A stretch of DNA of 61,894 nucleotides, filler included, from Sphacelaria rigidula (taxonomy: Eukaryota): NCBI GenBank assembly GCA_964200075.2. It is 2 parts of 2 records of this genome, joined end to end, with 100 filler letters (N's around TTAATTAATTAA, not from the genome) between each part and the next. Parts side by side here need not be neighbours in the genome. Positions count along the whole stretch, not along the records: positions 1 to 30,988 come from CAXNAA020000055.1; 1 more part is not named here. One strand, written 5' to 3'. Below, in pieces: positions 12,001 through 27,495 of the stretch. Made by a program: the position numbers and the translations under genes. The notes under the pieces are model-generated. The model saw nothing but the letters and a program-made list of their open reading frames with translations, was not told the origin of the DNA and ran no database searches. The stretch's first letter is position 1. Every line of letters starts with the position of its first letter.

Positions 12001-15000
12001 CCGTACATTGAGTTAGCTTCCAGGGCTTTCGGAAAAATCATGTAGTACACGCCGGGCCGCATCAGAAGCGGACTTTTCTTCAGGCGGTTCTAACTGACGA
12101 TCTATCGCGAGTTGTGCCTACTATGACATACCGGGATGATCTGTAGATCAACGCGCGTATTTCATGACAGAGCACCGCGATCTGACAAGTTCCCATCAAA
12201 CGTAATACCAAACTGTAGTCAGCTGCGAAGCGTGAAGAGAACGTCGAAGTTCTGGCTGAGGTTGTAGCTAGTGAACCGGTTCTCGACAGGAAAACGCGAT
12301 GTCACTGCTCAGCTTCAAGTCGTTTCCCATTAAATTTTGACACGATTTACATGAGGTATATGTGAAGCCCCTACCGTTTCCCCCCTCCTTGATATATTTT
12401 TTTCCTCGTAAGTTATTGATGATCTGAATGTCAGAACATTTTCCCCTGGTACAAAAGCGTCGACAACTCTTCGAAAAAAAAGTGAAGGGGGGACAACAGG
12501 AACTTCACAAGACTCTATAACATACCTCATGCACATCGTGTCAAAATTTCGTTGGAAAATACTCGAAATTGACCAGCATAACCACGCCTCATGTTTTCGT
12601 GGCTGGTCCATCTCCACATAGAAGCCGGTCTTCGACACGAACACGCGGCTATACAGCTCAATCTGGGGGCGGTTTCTATGAAGAATTTACAAGATGTACA
12701 GGACGTATGTGCAAAGACACCATCTTTGCCCCCCCCACACATTTATTTATTTTTCTCGTGAGTTATCGGCGACCAAACTTCTTGGAACAGGTGTGTCGGA
12801 ACAAAATCGTAAGTAACTCACGGGAATGAATAAATAAATGTAGGGGGCAAAAAATGAAGTATTTCTACACACGTCCTGGACATCGTCTCAAGAATTTCAT
12901 TAAAAACGACCCATAACTGAACTGCATAATCGCATATTCACGTCTCTGTCCGCGTCTTGGGCGGCCCAGCCTGTAGTGTCTTCCGTGACGAAGTTGATGG
13001 GGGCGTTCCGGAATCTAGCAAGTAATGAAAATATGTACTGTGGTCCCCCCGCATTTCAGATAACACTGATTTCAAAATATTCCTCGACTTGGTTATCCAA
13101 GTATTTATTTTCGGAGCGTCCTGACGATAGCTTGCTTACAGGCACATCTACGATATGAAGTGTGATGCAAAATTGAGAGATCAGAGTCAGCTTTATTCGA
13201 AATCGTAAATTCCGAGAAACTTCCACACCTTGGACAATATATGTTCAATAGTTACAATTGACGAAAACAAGTACTGCATGAATAATAGGCCTATTCCGAC
13301 TATTATCGGCCGGCAATAGTTGCAATAGATCTATACTTTATGCAGTACATTTCTCGTGTATTGCATCTATTGACCATACACTGTCTAGGGTGTGGAAACT
13401 TTCCATACCCACCAAGTGGTGAACTAACCTCGGCGAGAGCACCGTGCGACCGATCGTTCGTGCCATTCACCGAGTTACAGTGATGTCCTCACTTTCGAAG
13501 TGGCCCTCTTTTTTATTACGGAGTATCACTTTACCGTACCGCGGTGAAAAACGGCACTAGATGTTCGAAGAAGTCTTTAAGTCAGTCCCGAATTGATATA
13601 TATATTGCGTGACCTTGTCAGGAAACCTGCTCTCATCTTTACTCCCCGAGGGGGGAAATTATATTTTCCTGGAAAATTCGGACATTTCGGGGAGAAAAAC
13701 CGTCTATAGTACCACCTCGAATAGGTCACCGGCCGTTCGGAAAGTCCTGTTTTACATGAAGCTGTATCTCAACGGCCTACACTGCCCACCCCTAGTTTGA
13801 TGTCATCATCCGCAATTCCTCAAATGTTGCTCGTTCTCTCATTTTCCTACGAAAAGGAACTGAAAAAACCTTCATATTGTAGTCCATGTACGCGATCTCG
13901 ATGAAGCTTCACCTATGCTTGTATGTAGTTCTGCTCGAAATTCGCCGTAGTGACAATCGCTATTCATTGTCGACGATTCGGTCCGAGTGTAGATAATCTC
14001 AACATAAGCACTAGCAAATGACACAAACTCGACTCCTCCCCACCCTCCCCGGCCGCGCGCAATGAAAAACTCGAACTGTGGAGAAAAGCAAATGCGTGTA
14101 CACCACAGTCTCTACTCATATCTGTGTGAAGTTCCAGGTCGCGATACGCAGTTCGTCATGAGGAATCGTGTGTAGCTGTTTCTCTTGTTTCTCATGAAAA
14201 ACTCAAGCATCCTAACCCAAGCCCTAACTCCAACGAAGGCATACCGAGGACCCTCGGGGAAGGGGGGTGTCAAGTGTTCGCTATGCAAAGTGTGTGTTGC
14301 TAGACCTCAAATCGGCGCCCGAGGCGCCGACGTAGACGAAAAGTCGTGTTGTGAACGCCTGGAGCACAGCATCCCCATTGAAGATCCGGATTTACACAAC
14401 ACCAAAATTGAATGCCTACCAAGTTCTGAACCCTACTGCTCTCGCCGCTCAAAATGAGCACACCTACGTTAAAGCTATTCGGCGACGAGCAGATGAATCG
14501 CTCGGTCATGTTCGAAGACCTCGAGATTTGCGAGAGACTGTTTCTATCCTGGGCGGTTCCGTAACGTGAACATATGCTGTACGAATAGCCAACGTGCTTC
14601 GTAGTACGCTGGGCCGTGGGTGCAGTAGGGCGAATACTGGAGGTTTGAACAGGCTGGTTGAGGAAGGCTATGACGCGATGGCTCAGTTTATGTCCTGCAT
14701 CCTCGTGTTGACGGGTTTTGTATCTGCAAATACACGAAGGGAATCGGCATGACTGTCATGGAGCACACGGCTGATGGACTCTTTTTCCGTGGAACCGACC
14801 GAGCTGGGTTTTTTTTTAGTGTTGGACTGGCGATTTTGAGGGGGCGATGATTCTCCGAACACTTGCTTGTGTGTGTCCTTGGCTAACCGTGCTTGCACAC
14901 GTTGTCATTAATCGTTGTGAAGAATCCAAGGGTGTTTGAGGGAGGCTATTCCCTATATTTGGGTATTTCGAATAATCGTACTCTAAAAACCGGAAACTTG

Positions 15001-18000
15001 GATAAGAGAGTATTGAAATCGTGCTCAACAATACCCAGATATTGGGTAGAGTCATGCTGTCGTACCTAACTTTACCCAATATTCGAGTACAGATTTGAGA
15101 TGAGAAAACTGCAACACAAAATTCGGGAGACTGAATATCCGGGTATTTTATCCTACCCAACATCCCCGTTGAAAGATTCGAGAAGCACAATTGCAGAGCT
15201 CGAGGCAAATGGAACAGGGCGCAAAGCAGCCAGAAAATCCCCCCTTGACTGGCTTTGATTGAAATATGACTATTTGACTATTATTGTATAACTCTGTTAT
15301 AGTGAGCCCAGCTGTGTCGTCTTGCGTGGCATACATGTGTATGTTCTCAGAAGCGATGGTTGCTGTTTGTCTGTTACTCCTGCGTAACGATCGATTCTCT
15401 CTTGTGTTTTTTGTTGTACTCTCTTTCGAAACGACATGACACGGCACGGTACGAAACAAGGTGCGGGAGAGGGAACCAGTGGGCGAAGGCACTGGAGCTG
15501 TTAGCCCAAATGAGGAAGGAGAATGTGGAGATTAATTCGATCGTGTATTGCAACGCCATCACTGCCTGCGCGAAGGTGCGTGCTCTCATAAGTGGCACCG
15601 GACGCTGGTCTGGGGGAATTGGACTTCATCCCGCCTTTCATTGCTTCCCGCCTTGCGCCTTGCATATGTGGTATGTTTGAAATTGCACGTGTGTTTGATA
15701 TTCTCGTGAGGGGAAAACGTGTGTAGTGGAGCTCTATCGAGAGAAGGACTCCGGCTTCATCACGCTTATGAAAGTCATTTTCAGCTGATCGTTCTAGGCA
15801 ATCGTCAAGGCGTTCCTTCTCTTGGGGGTGTACGCGGAGAAGGATGCGTTCTTCGTCTCTTTCAGTGAAAAAAAGTGTAAAAAATGCAAACTGGTGTCTA
15901 CTCGGTAGGGAGGGGGGGAAGGATGTACCAATGATCTTGCATGCAGTAGTCAAAACACCATTGACCTCGCATCCCGGCAAAGCCCGGACAGAACACGTCG
16001 GGTTTTTTCTGGGCCAGGCTCGCAATCACCAAGCGCGAAGTGCTGTGATGAGTTTGGCGTGTCGCATGAAGGGTAAGTCGCATCCTGCGGAGATTGTTCG
16101 GCGGGAAGCGTACTGATTATGTTGTATATGGATGACAGCCTCAAATGAGTTGCTTCATTTTCTGGTATCGCCACTTTCAGAGACAGGCACGGGTTACACA
16201 CTGCCTCGTGGGCGTCTCACCACTTGAACACTACGTAGTATGACCATCCCTTTTGCGCGTAGTCTAGGCTCTCCACCGCGTACGAGGTGATCTAGCTCGA
16301 CCACCATCATGGTTGCCGCGAAAAAAGCACAAGCGAGCAAAGAACTGTAACCCGGTTGCCTAGCTGACGCAGTGAAAGACGTGTTTTACAGCATCGTTGG
16401 CAACCGAATCTAGGTCGAGAGGTGGTGGGTCTGCCCACGATCTTGCATATCGTAGTCATGACACCATTGACCTCGCATCCCGGCGAAGTCAAAACGGAGC
16501 ACGCCGGGTTTTCGCCGGACGGGGGGGGGGGGGGGGGGGGCGGGGTCCTTTGCTGCTTGCCCTAGTCGTTCGACCATTGGCCCCCCACCCCCTTTGAGAC
16601 GGAGCACCGTCCCCCCTCCNNNNNNNNNNCCGCTGACCTGCGCGGTGGGGGGGGCGGAGGCGGGGGGGGGCGCGGGGGAGGGGGGGTCGGGGGAAGGAGG
16701 AGGGCGTGCTCATTTGCTGCTTGCCCTAGTCGTTCGACCATTGGCCACGCACCCCTTTCGAGACGGAGCACCGTCCCTACTCCTAACAGAGACACGTCCA
16801 ACATTTACGTTCTCATTACGTTGATTCCATACATTACACCAAAACCTTTCACGTATCTTATCCCTGTCCTGTTTCGTCGTCTGTGGCCACCATCTATCTC
16901 CTAGTATAGCCATCGTTATATCGCTACTGTCTACTGCATCGAACGATTACATGCCACCCTTCATTCACGTCCCGCGGACGACGAGGGGGGGGGCATTATT
17001 ATGACGTCACCAACCCCCGCTCCTCCCCATCAATGGTTTTATGGCATGCATGATCATAAGTACACCCCCTCCCCATCGCGAATCTGTGATTCTAATCATG
17101 CTACTGTACCTATGGTATCCTTTATTCTGTAAACGGGGGTGATCGCTTCATTTCTGAAATAGTTGTTGCCGATGTCGTGGGGTTGTAATGAATTACACGT
17201 GGTGCCTGACAGCACTATATCGGGACCACGCGCCGGCACCGAGGGTCTCAACCTCGGTGACTGATGAGGAAAAGAAAAAAATCACGCAACGGCCGCTGTT
17301 TGCAAAACTTATGGAGGATGACTTTCTCCACCCCGTACGCTCCGTCCCCTTCTCTGCCATGCCGGTGTTATCTGAATCGACAACGGTGTCCATCGTGGAT
17401 ATAATAGGGAAAGCAGTGGCGAATAGCGCGAACATTGCTGAACGAAATGTCGAGCGTGGACCACCTGCCGCCACATCAACGGTGCTATAACGCCGCCATG
17501 GACGCATGCGCTAGGGTAAGTCACGAGTATGTTGATTGTTTTGCGCCGTTGGTGTCGCGTCCCCGAGCTGGCGACCTTCTGTCCTACGGTCCGAGCACGT
17601 GCATTCTTATCCTACATATTTTTTTCTCGTATTTTTTTGTCATGACTGTGCTGGGGTTGCATCTTGATGAATACAAACCTTTTTTCACATGGATGCTTCC
17701 AAGTTTCAGAATCTTCGCCGCTGTTTTCGATCCATTAAAAATGGGAAAGTATCGCCGCCGTAAGTTTCGGGCGCCTCACCTCTCCGAGAGGAAACCAATG
17801 CACTCTCCCGACAGACTATAGATGGGCTCCAACTGGAAATTGAGCAAAATGCTCGGACAAATCGCGGGGCCATCACACCTGCTTCAATGGGAGTGACTAT
17901 CGTGGGGTACTCAAGGTGCGAAGTTTGACTTATTTTGGAAGGTATGACGTTTGATATGAGTTCGGAATGGAAGACTTGACTCTTCGCTAACTCATTTTTT

Positions 18001-18279
18001 TTCTTGTTTCTTGGTCCATTGCGCAGGCTGGAAAGCAGCAGGAGGCCATGTCCTTGTTGCTGGAGATGCGTGAGGTTGGCGTTCCGCGAACGTCTATATC
18101 GTATCTTGCGGTCATCTCCGCGTGCTCTCGCGTGGGCGATTGGAGGCGAGCCTTGGGTCTCTTGGTTCTCATGTCGCAGGACATGGTGGAGCCAGATATA
18201 AAGTGAGTATAAACGATGGCACACACACACCTCTATGGCCCGTTGTCATCACCCACAAACCTCTCGATCATTCTATTAT

Positions 18280-18314
<35 letters not shown>

Positions 18315-21300
18315 TCATTTATTATTATTACCGTTACTATAAGTGTAACTATAACTGTTACTACCTGTCCTCTCAAACGTGGTCTTTTCATCCTTACTTT
18401 TTGTTGTCGTGAAGATCGCAAACTAATACGGAGGTTTTGCCAGACTGTCCCCCTGATGGATCCACTGGTTGGTTGACTTCCGCACACTGACTGATCTGCG
18501 GGGAATCATGACCCATCAATAGCCCTAGTCATTTTCCACAAAATAGACGTACCCAAGGTAAAACAGAGTGGAATCACTCGCTGAAGGAATGTAAGGGGTG
18601 TTATTCACCGTCGACTGTACGGCACACGCGTGGGGCAATGAGCTGCCAATAGACGTGTGCAGCGGTTTGATTAAGCAGATGCGCAGCAGCTGCTAAATTG
18701 TGTCTGGATAATGACGCGCGGCCTGACTCGTGATCGGTGTTATCCATCTTTTTTTGGTTCGTTGGTGTGTTGAGGCAGGTGTTACAGCGCTGCCATCGCC
18801 GCTTGCGGTAACGGCCAGCAATGGGACGCGGCCTTGCGTGTCTTGAGAAATATGCAAGCAGCTGGAATCACCCCTAACGAGGTGAGAGGTCGACTTTCTT
18901 ATTCACTTTGACGTTGCTATTCGGGTAATTTTCTCTTTCGAGTTAGTTGGTTGGACGATGCTATATTGACCAACTCTGATTTTGCGTTTTTCAATTGCTT
19001 CTGTTTTTCTGTTCAGCTTTGTTGAGTTTGGCTCGCGTAGTCCCGAATACTTTTTTTTGCTCCCATTTCCTAATCCAGTTGCAATCATTTTAGCTTTGAG
19101 TATCTTCTTTTTGTTTCGTTTTGCACGATTTCGTTCATATTTTTATATTGTCTTTTCATTGATCAAAATTTTCCCTCGGGATGTCCTTCTTCTTGCTCTT
19201 GTACGGACGTTGATCGTGACTTGGCTGCTTTGATTACTTTTTTCACATGGATTTTTTTTTTCTCAATCACTTTCGAGGTTGCCCTCTGTGACGACCCTGC
19301 TTCTTTTTTTCTCCCTTTTGGTCCTACAGTGACGTTATAATTTTGCTCCTTTGATCAAGCAAATAATGCTGTTGCTCCTTGCATATCTTGGGCAAGCGTT
19401 CTTCCACATATATTTTTTCTATTTGTTCCGTTTCCTTTTATCTTTTTTTTTCCCCTTCTGTTCATTCTGCTCTGCTTGTTCTCTCCCTTTTTCGTTCCTC
19501 TTTTGTGTTCCTTGAAATTCTCATGTTTTGGCGAATGGTTCCCATTTAGTCGCCTTGAGTTCGTGTATGTTGTGACCGCGGCTGGGTTATGACCCGTTCA
19601 GCGAATCAATAATCGTGCGGCCATGAATGTTGTGTATTGTATGTTGTGTGCTGTCGTCCCATCCATTCTGGACGCCGGTCTACACCTTCCGGTATATGTG
19701 GGTGCATCAGCCGGGGTCACACAGGAGGAAGGTCAACACAAAAGCTTTTTTTTTCAGTTCTTTTTCGTACCTCACCTTCCTTCTGCGGTGTCCGCCTTTA
19801 TTTTTCATCGCGAGAGGGTTTCAGCAATCCCTTCCCCTCGTCGACCGTTTAGTCGAATTTTTCGTACCCACGACATAGTCACTCTCCACTGTTGGGCATT
19901 GTGTGGGAGAAAATCCCAGATCGCCCCGAGGATTGAACCCTCGACCCACCCGTCAGGAGGTTTCGAGGTTACCAACTGAGCCACCGGGGCGACCGGTTAA
20001 GAATAAATCGATCAATATCGGATTCAATCTTGAGACAAGTCTCGAGGCAGTGACTTGATAACTCAACGGACACTTGAAGCGTTGGCAAAAACACACGCCA
20101 ACGTCATCATCTTCTCGTGAGATTTTGCGCTTGCATTATCGAAGGATCTGGTAGTCGACGGCGTACATGATGGAGCTACGACGTAGAATCCTTGTATCGT
20201 TTGGAGGATAATCGATGAGTCATTGCCGTATAGGTGATAAAACATCGGTGTCGTCATTTTGCCGCTACCGGCGGTAAAGTGGATATTTTCTGGTCACTCA
20301 TCCGCTCGATCATGAAGCCTAGTCGCGACAAAAGCTGATCGCGCCATATTACAACGCCAAATTTTACCCTGTACGCAATAGTGACCAGTATCATGTAGAT
20401 GCTGGAGAGTAGATAATGGCCCGTACCGTTCATATTCGGATGGATGATGGCCCTTAACCGAGATTTGCAATACCTCATCTCCATGCTCATTCGGCAGGTT
20501 GTCAACAAGCCAAAGCAAAATGAAGAGACGAGAAGTTTGCTGCTGCTGCGGCCCTAGCGCTAACGCTTATTTTCCTCCGTACTCTTCAGCACTTTCCTTC
20601 CATCCTCCCCCGTGCTTCTCCCCGGAAAACAACGAAACATGGCTTACAACAGTTTTGCTACAATGCTGCGATATCGGCCTGCGGCAAGACGGGACAATTC
20701 CAGCTGGCGATAGACCTTTTGAGGGAGATGGAGTCAGGCACCATGGGCGTCTGGCCGGATATAGTGACGTACAACGCCATCATCGATGCGTGCGGCAAGA
20801 GTGGGAGGTGTGTGTGTAGAGTGGAGTATGACCTATTCCTGTTTTGCTTGGCTAGGTGTCTTTGGTTCCGTGTCGACGGAAGTGTACTGATGACGTCCCG
20901 TAAAGTCCACTATTAATAGGTTGTTACTTGTCGGTCGTTTTGGAAATAACGATTTCGGTGACGATGCTTGGGTGGGGTTGATCAGGAAGGTACAATGCAC
21001 CCAATGCTAGTGCAAAAAAAAAAAAAGAGGGGGAGAAGAATTATTCTATACGGAAGATGAGTCCAAATAAACCGAAATTCGGCATTGGTTTGGTCAATGA
21101 TCATAAAACTTCGGCACCCAACGTTATGAGCAGCCCCCCCCTCGCCAACCGGGCGCCGAGCCATCATTGGACCGCCGCTACGCAATTTCGGTGCATATTG
21201 CGATGGCTGATCCGACGTGTTTTCGTCCCGGGGCAAAAGGGGCGAACGACGACCATTTTCGGACCCATGGATGTTTTTTCGCGGCTACTCGGCCGCATGG

Positions 21301-24300
21301 AGGCAAGCGGCAGCTGTTGAAGCAAACTGGGTTTCAAGTAGAAAAATGTCGAAGGTTTCAGTGGAAGAAGCAAAGCAATAACCGGACACCGCAAGAGGCC
21401 AGTACAAACATTACCAAGCAGAATCGTGGGAGAGAGGAAATACACGTAGTTTTACTGTGCATTTGAATAGTGCACATCTTGAAGAAAACGTGCTGATGAT
21501 GACCGCAGGTGGAAACTAGCCTTGGACGTTTTGCATAAATTGCTTATTCAAGCCGGGAAGCCTCGGCGAGCTCCGGGTGGGTCGAAGGTCTCGCTCGCTC
21601 CGAAACCGGATGCCACTACCTACGCATCGGCCATCACGGCGTGCAAGGCGGGCAAGCAATGGGAGCTAGCCCTGATGCTATTGGAGGACATGCAAGTGCA
21701 GGTGTGTGGTGTGTGACCTACCTTTTGTTCTTCTCTCGCAAGTTTTTGTGTCGAGGACATTGGTGAACCTTGAACGAAATGGAAATTTGAAGTTGGCGGC
21801 CGTTCATTCAAAGAGCACTCGGGAGGGGGGAGGGGGGGGGGTGAACAGCAGAAAGCAAATGATTGGAGCGTACAAGGGCCGGTAGCACGAGGTTTACCCT
21901 GGAAAGTATGATGGCATACATCATAGCGAGGTCTATGCGCCAGTCACGCCTGTGTATTTAAGGGTCGAACCATAGATTTAGACTGCTTGGTAAGGGTCTG
22001 CGTTTAAGTTCCCTTTTGAACGCTCATAGATGAGGGGGGCACTCGAAGTCTGCCCTTCACTGTTATTTGGTAGGATATGTATCTATGGTACCAATTTAAG
22101 GAGATGTACGCGCCCCTCTGATACAGGAAGCTGGAGTCAGAAATTGTTTCAAGTTTTCGTTTCCAGAATTTGAGAATTACCGCCCCAATGAATCCATGAA
22201 ATAGCGAAACAAGTACTTCGGAAAACAGGAAAAAAGAAAATGATCGAACTTTTTGCGGGGTTGGTTGCCTGCACACGCATGTGATCATGTGAGCATTCGA
22301 GCATTCTCCGTCTCTGTCTGAATGAGGGGCTGGTTGACTGGTTGATTGGTCATTTGGCTCGAGGTTCGGGCGAATAGTGATTTGTCCGAAAAACACTTGC
22401 GTGTACCGTACGAATCAATCCTTGCACTCTGAATTTATTAGCGATCCACCCCAGGTACGCGGAATAGCGCCCAACATTGCTTAGAGGCGTTAATGATATG
22501 CGGTCATGGATTCCCTCTGTTTCGAGCAATCAGGCCTCAAAAAACGTAGATTCGTTGATTGGAAACAGCGATGATCCGTCTGACCCGTAGTTCGCTTGTC
22601 GCAAATTCGCTGATCCCTGAGTGTCATGATCCAGTCGTGGTCATTCTCCACAAAGTAGACAAACGTGTCGTACGTGCAGAAAACGGACAACCGTTTCCTG
22701 TGCGCGGGTCATCGTACAATTCCCTCGGCCATGAATCACGGCGTGCAGAGGCGAGGATGAAGCTAGCTCTGTGAATCGGCCGGGATCAATATGTGCTCCT
22801 TTGAAAGACCGAGTGTAAGTGTACTACACCCTGCTACTCGACTTGGCCGCGGAAAAATAAAAGATCATACGGTGGCAAACAGAGATGAGTCCAACTTCTG
22901 CCTTCTGTGTGAACAAGGCCCCACATTTTGACATGCAATCTCATTGGTTGAAAGATCGATGGGGGGGAATCACGCGAACTCGGCGACAGGTATCAATGAT
23001 TTTGGTTTTGTTATCTAAGCCTTCAGTTTTTCGGGAAATGAAACAAACAAACTGTTTTTCGTTCTACAAGATGCGAGGACCTCAGTATCGAAGTTAAAAT
23101 TTGACGAAAGTGGACGCGGTGCGGGGGAACATGCTGTTCCAATCCGCGATACCAGCAAGGAAGGCGTGCATGTACTGCGGGGAGAGACGGGTTGATCCCA
23201 TCGAGGTCACGGAGTCGTCTTGGGGAAGGGGACATGTTGGTGGCATTGTGGTGAAAAGATATGAACTAATAGGTCCACCCTGACGTCTCGGCGATTTTAC
23301 TCGTTAAACGAGTTTTCATTTTGAGGTATGTGAGCGTAGTATACCCCTTCTTGCTTTCAGTGTTGTCGAGATTCGTCTCCTCCTCTTTTTCGACTTTTTG
23401 TTCTCGAGCGTTTCCGCTCCTTCACCCAAGGGGTACGCATATCTTGGGGATCACGGCTGGAAGATGACTTGTAGCGGAATCGGTTGATGCGTGACAACTA
23501 GCCAACGAGCTAGCCAATCAATCGATCGCCCACTCACCCGGAAAATTGAACCCGAGCTTGACTTTCTTCTCCGTATCGACGGCAGAGGAGTCAAAACCTA
23601 CGAGTTTGGAAGCGTGAAACATGATGAAATGAAGCATATCGTCGAGATCTCTTGATTGAGACTACACCCGAACCGATGGCCGCATATCCACGATTACAAC
23701 ATGATTGCGGCTTGCGGCGTGGGCCATGGACCATCATGTTCTAATCTTTCACGCCCTGACAACGGATGACACTGCCCAGGGTATGTGCAATGTTCGAAGG
23801 GGTCGCAGTCCCGAGGGCCCCCTCAGAGCGTGCGCAGCAGCATCGTATTTTGGCTTTCAATTCGGCAACGTGGGCGGTGCCGGTTTGAGCTATTCCCGCG
23901 CATACGTTGGCTTGGATCACCCTCTGCATTTCCCCTTGCCAGAGGGTTCTTGGTCCAGCTTGAGGGAGGTTAGGATGAGGGGTTGGGCTATGACTAGGGT
24001 TTCAGTAGCACCGATCTCTATAACCCCCCCCCCCCCCTCTCTCCTTCCCCGCCGACAGGCCGTTGCCAGGGTTTCAGTTAAAGAAGGCTCCACGAATATA
24101 ATGGGCGACTGTTACGTGTTGTGGAACAATTTTATCATCGTCTTTTTCCGTCTGTGTGTGGATCATGACCCTGTATCTGTGCGGACAGGGTGTGGCGCCC
24201 ACTCAGGATGTGTTCCAGGCAGCTATCGCGTGTTGCTCCAGTGTCGGGAGATGGCGAGAGACCCTCAACACGATGGAGAACATGCGCATCAGTGGTCATG

Positions 24301-27300
24301 ATCCGGAGGTATGTGTAGATGGTGGTAGTTTGTGGGCAGCGCGTGTTGGAGAACGCCTTTCGTACATGTAACGCTTTCTTGGGAGCGTGTTCACATCATC
24401 GACAACAATGTTCTCGTGAGAGTGAGGGTTCATGATCCGATTTAGAGTGAGATGCGGTCAATTAATGGATCAATTAGTTTCAGTTCCGAAATGGCCGTCT
24501 GGGCCTGATACGAGGCCCGATATGCTTTCTGTAGGAGCTTGCCGTTGAAGCCCTTGATATCCCTGCGGAGTGGGATATCGAAGTGTAGCTGTAAGCACAC
24601 GACGGTGTTCCAGGGAAGGGAAATCACCCACAGAGTGAAAAAATGGTCGAGTTAGAGCGGATAGTGGTACTCACTCTCAATCAACATTGCTAGACTCGCA
24701 GTCTCACGAAAACATTGTCATAGTGGTTATTGAACCACAAAAAAGTGCCGGTTCTATCGGGTGTCTTACGTTGCTCAAGGGCTTTCGAGATGCTCTTATT
24801 GGGGAAGGACACGTGTGTTCCAATATGAGAGTGGTTGTCACAGGCGTCTCGTCGATACTCTAAAATGGTTGATAACTGCAGGCGCATGAATGTTGTGTGA
24901 AGCACCCACGGATTATCAGTCCTATCAGGCGAGTGAAATCCTCCTTCGGGTACCAGACAGCTAGCGAGTTGTTGATGGAGAATGGCCATCTATGAAGGTC
25001 ATGTGGGATACCGGAATCACGAGGTATCACGAAGGACGTCCTCTTCATATTATCAAAAATTACAAGGGTGTAATGGGTTCCTAAAATTGGGAAAATTGAA
25101 AGTTGAGCTCTCGAGTACCCGAAACTTGGGTAGAGGAGTATTGCAATCGTACCTAACTTTACCCTACCTATGGATGGAGTTCGGAGATCAGACCATCGCA
25201 ACACAAAATTCGGGAGTATAAATACCCGGGCATTTACCCTATTTCCAATATGCCTTAGAAGCAAGTTTTTTTTTGCCGTGCGGTTCGAAAAGGGTAGGTT
25301 ATACCGGAGTGTCCCGGTCCTGTTTCTTGTTGCGTGGTTGGTTTGCCTGTGTTTCTTTCCTCGCACGCTTTATCTATATCCGTTTTGCTTCTGTTTCATG
25401 TCATTAGTAATCATAATGGTAGGTGGCCTCGTTTCATTGCACGTGTACGGTTTTATTTTCTCTTTCGTCATGCTCTAGCTCCTCCCTTTTATCCCCGGAG
25501 TGAGTCCGTAGTCTGGAGGGATCAAGCCATCTCTCCCATCTTTCCCATCTCTCCCTCGGTAATTGCAGGTTCAGTCTTATAACGCGTTGATCACGGCCTG
25601 CGGGCGTGCGAAGCAGTGGCAGCTGGCTCTCATGGTGCTTCAGCTCATGCCATCGAAGAGCGTGGAGCCGGATTTAATATCGTACAACGCTGCGCTCGCC
25701 GCCCTAGAAAAGGTATACAGTGTGTTGTCATCCAAATCATGCTGGACGCCATTCTACATATTTCGGTATATGTGGGCGCAGCGGAGGTCACACACGACGA
25801 GGAAGGCCAACACGGGAGTTTTTCATATATTTTATTTTTTTATAGTACTCCACCTTCCTCCTGCGGGGCTTGCCTCGTTTTTTTTTTATCGCGAGAGAGG
25901 GTCAGCATCTTCTTTCCCTCGTCGACCCTGAAGTTGAAGTTTTGTGTACCCACGATATGGTCGCTCTCCGCTGTTGAGCAAGGTGTGAGAAAAAATCCCA
26001 GATCGTGTGACTGCACCGGAATACGAACCCACGACTCAGCCGTCAGAAGATCTCGAGGGTACCAACTGAGACACCGAGGCAACCGTATACAGTATGCATG
26101 TGCGAAGGTAACCCTCGTTCGCGGTATGCGCGGTAAATGAGGGCCGGCTGTGCGGTCCTTATAAAGTGCGGTCGGTACCCTTTCCCGCCATTATTTTTTT
26201 CGTCTCGCGTTTTTTCCCCCCCCCTCCGGTCGTGTAACGGGTGAAGCTATGAACCAGTAGAACGGAAGGGTGCGGCAATCATGACGAAGAAAAAGACTGA
26301 ATGCTGACGACCTCGTGCCACCGTAGTACAGTAATGCCTCGGGGCCATTTCATGTTCAGTTGTCGGCGGTGTTGACGATCCCGACATGAGTTATTCGGGG
26401 GATCTGTGACGCCAGCAGGTTGCTAGGACTGGAGCGTCTAATGCTGTTGAGGGACTCCCCAGTTCCACTGGCCTCAGGTTTCAGTTGTTAGCCTTCACAG
26501 CACCTTTCATTATCCTGGAGTGCCACTCAGGCGGCTCCATAAACCACATCAGGGTATCACCCCTGTGTCCATGTCATGATCCATATAATCACTACAGATC
26601 CCAAGTCATCATCCATAATATCACTATATACTCAACGTGACGGCGTGATTTCGTCACAGATCTGAAGAGTCGTCGTCTAGGATTGAAACACTGCTTACTG
26701 CAATGCAGTAGCTGTAGTGTAGATACACGAGTGCCTCTACTTCCGAGGTGCTTCTTCTGATCGCGGGCCCCTCCTTTACGGAGATGTGAATGGCCTTGCA
26801 CGACCGCTCGTCTGGTACTTTGGTCCCAATCTACTGCAACAAAGCCTGAGCCCTATTTGATGGCAGTCAGTATTTGTTGCACTACAAGTATACCGCATCA
26901 CTGCGGGGCCCTCATTTTACCGACATGTCTCCAAGAATAGCCGAAAAGTCGTCACTCCGGGGTGATACTCTTGGAGGGGGTGATGAACTACGTGCTGGTG
27001 ACCTACATCGTCGTGTACGTACCGGTATGTCATCACACGGTGGACATGGATCGCTCTTCGACCCGCTCATCAAACATTGGAATTGACGGAGGTATACATG
27101 TTAAACATATGCTGTGCTCGTTTTTTATCCTTTTCACTGCGAAATGGGCATTGTCCAGGCAGTCCTCGTGTGTGCATGCCAGCCCGAACGCGTGCACATG
27201 ACTTCGTCTTCAATCGCTTTGCAGGGTCGAGGCCGCAATCCCCCCATTTTTCTTTCCACAGTTTTTACGCACCCTCTCCGTTTTTGTTTTCGGGGGTACG

Positions 27301-27447
27301 TGCCCTATTTTGTTCTTGGTGCTGGGGATATAAGTATATGCAACCTTTTGCCTTTCTTTATTGTCGGAAAATGTGCCCCCCCCGCCCCCCCCCCCCCCCC
27401 CAAGAAGAAATCGGTACTGCTGCTGCTTGCTACATGCACTTCTGGCA

Positions 27448-27495
<48 letters not shown>

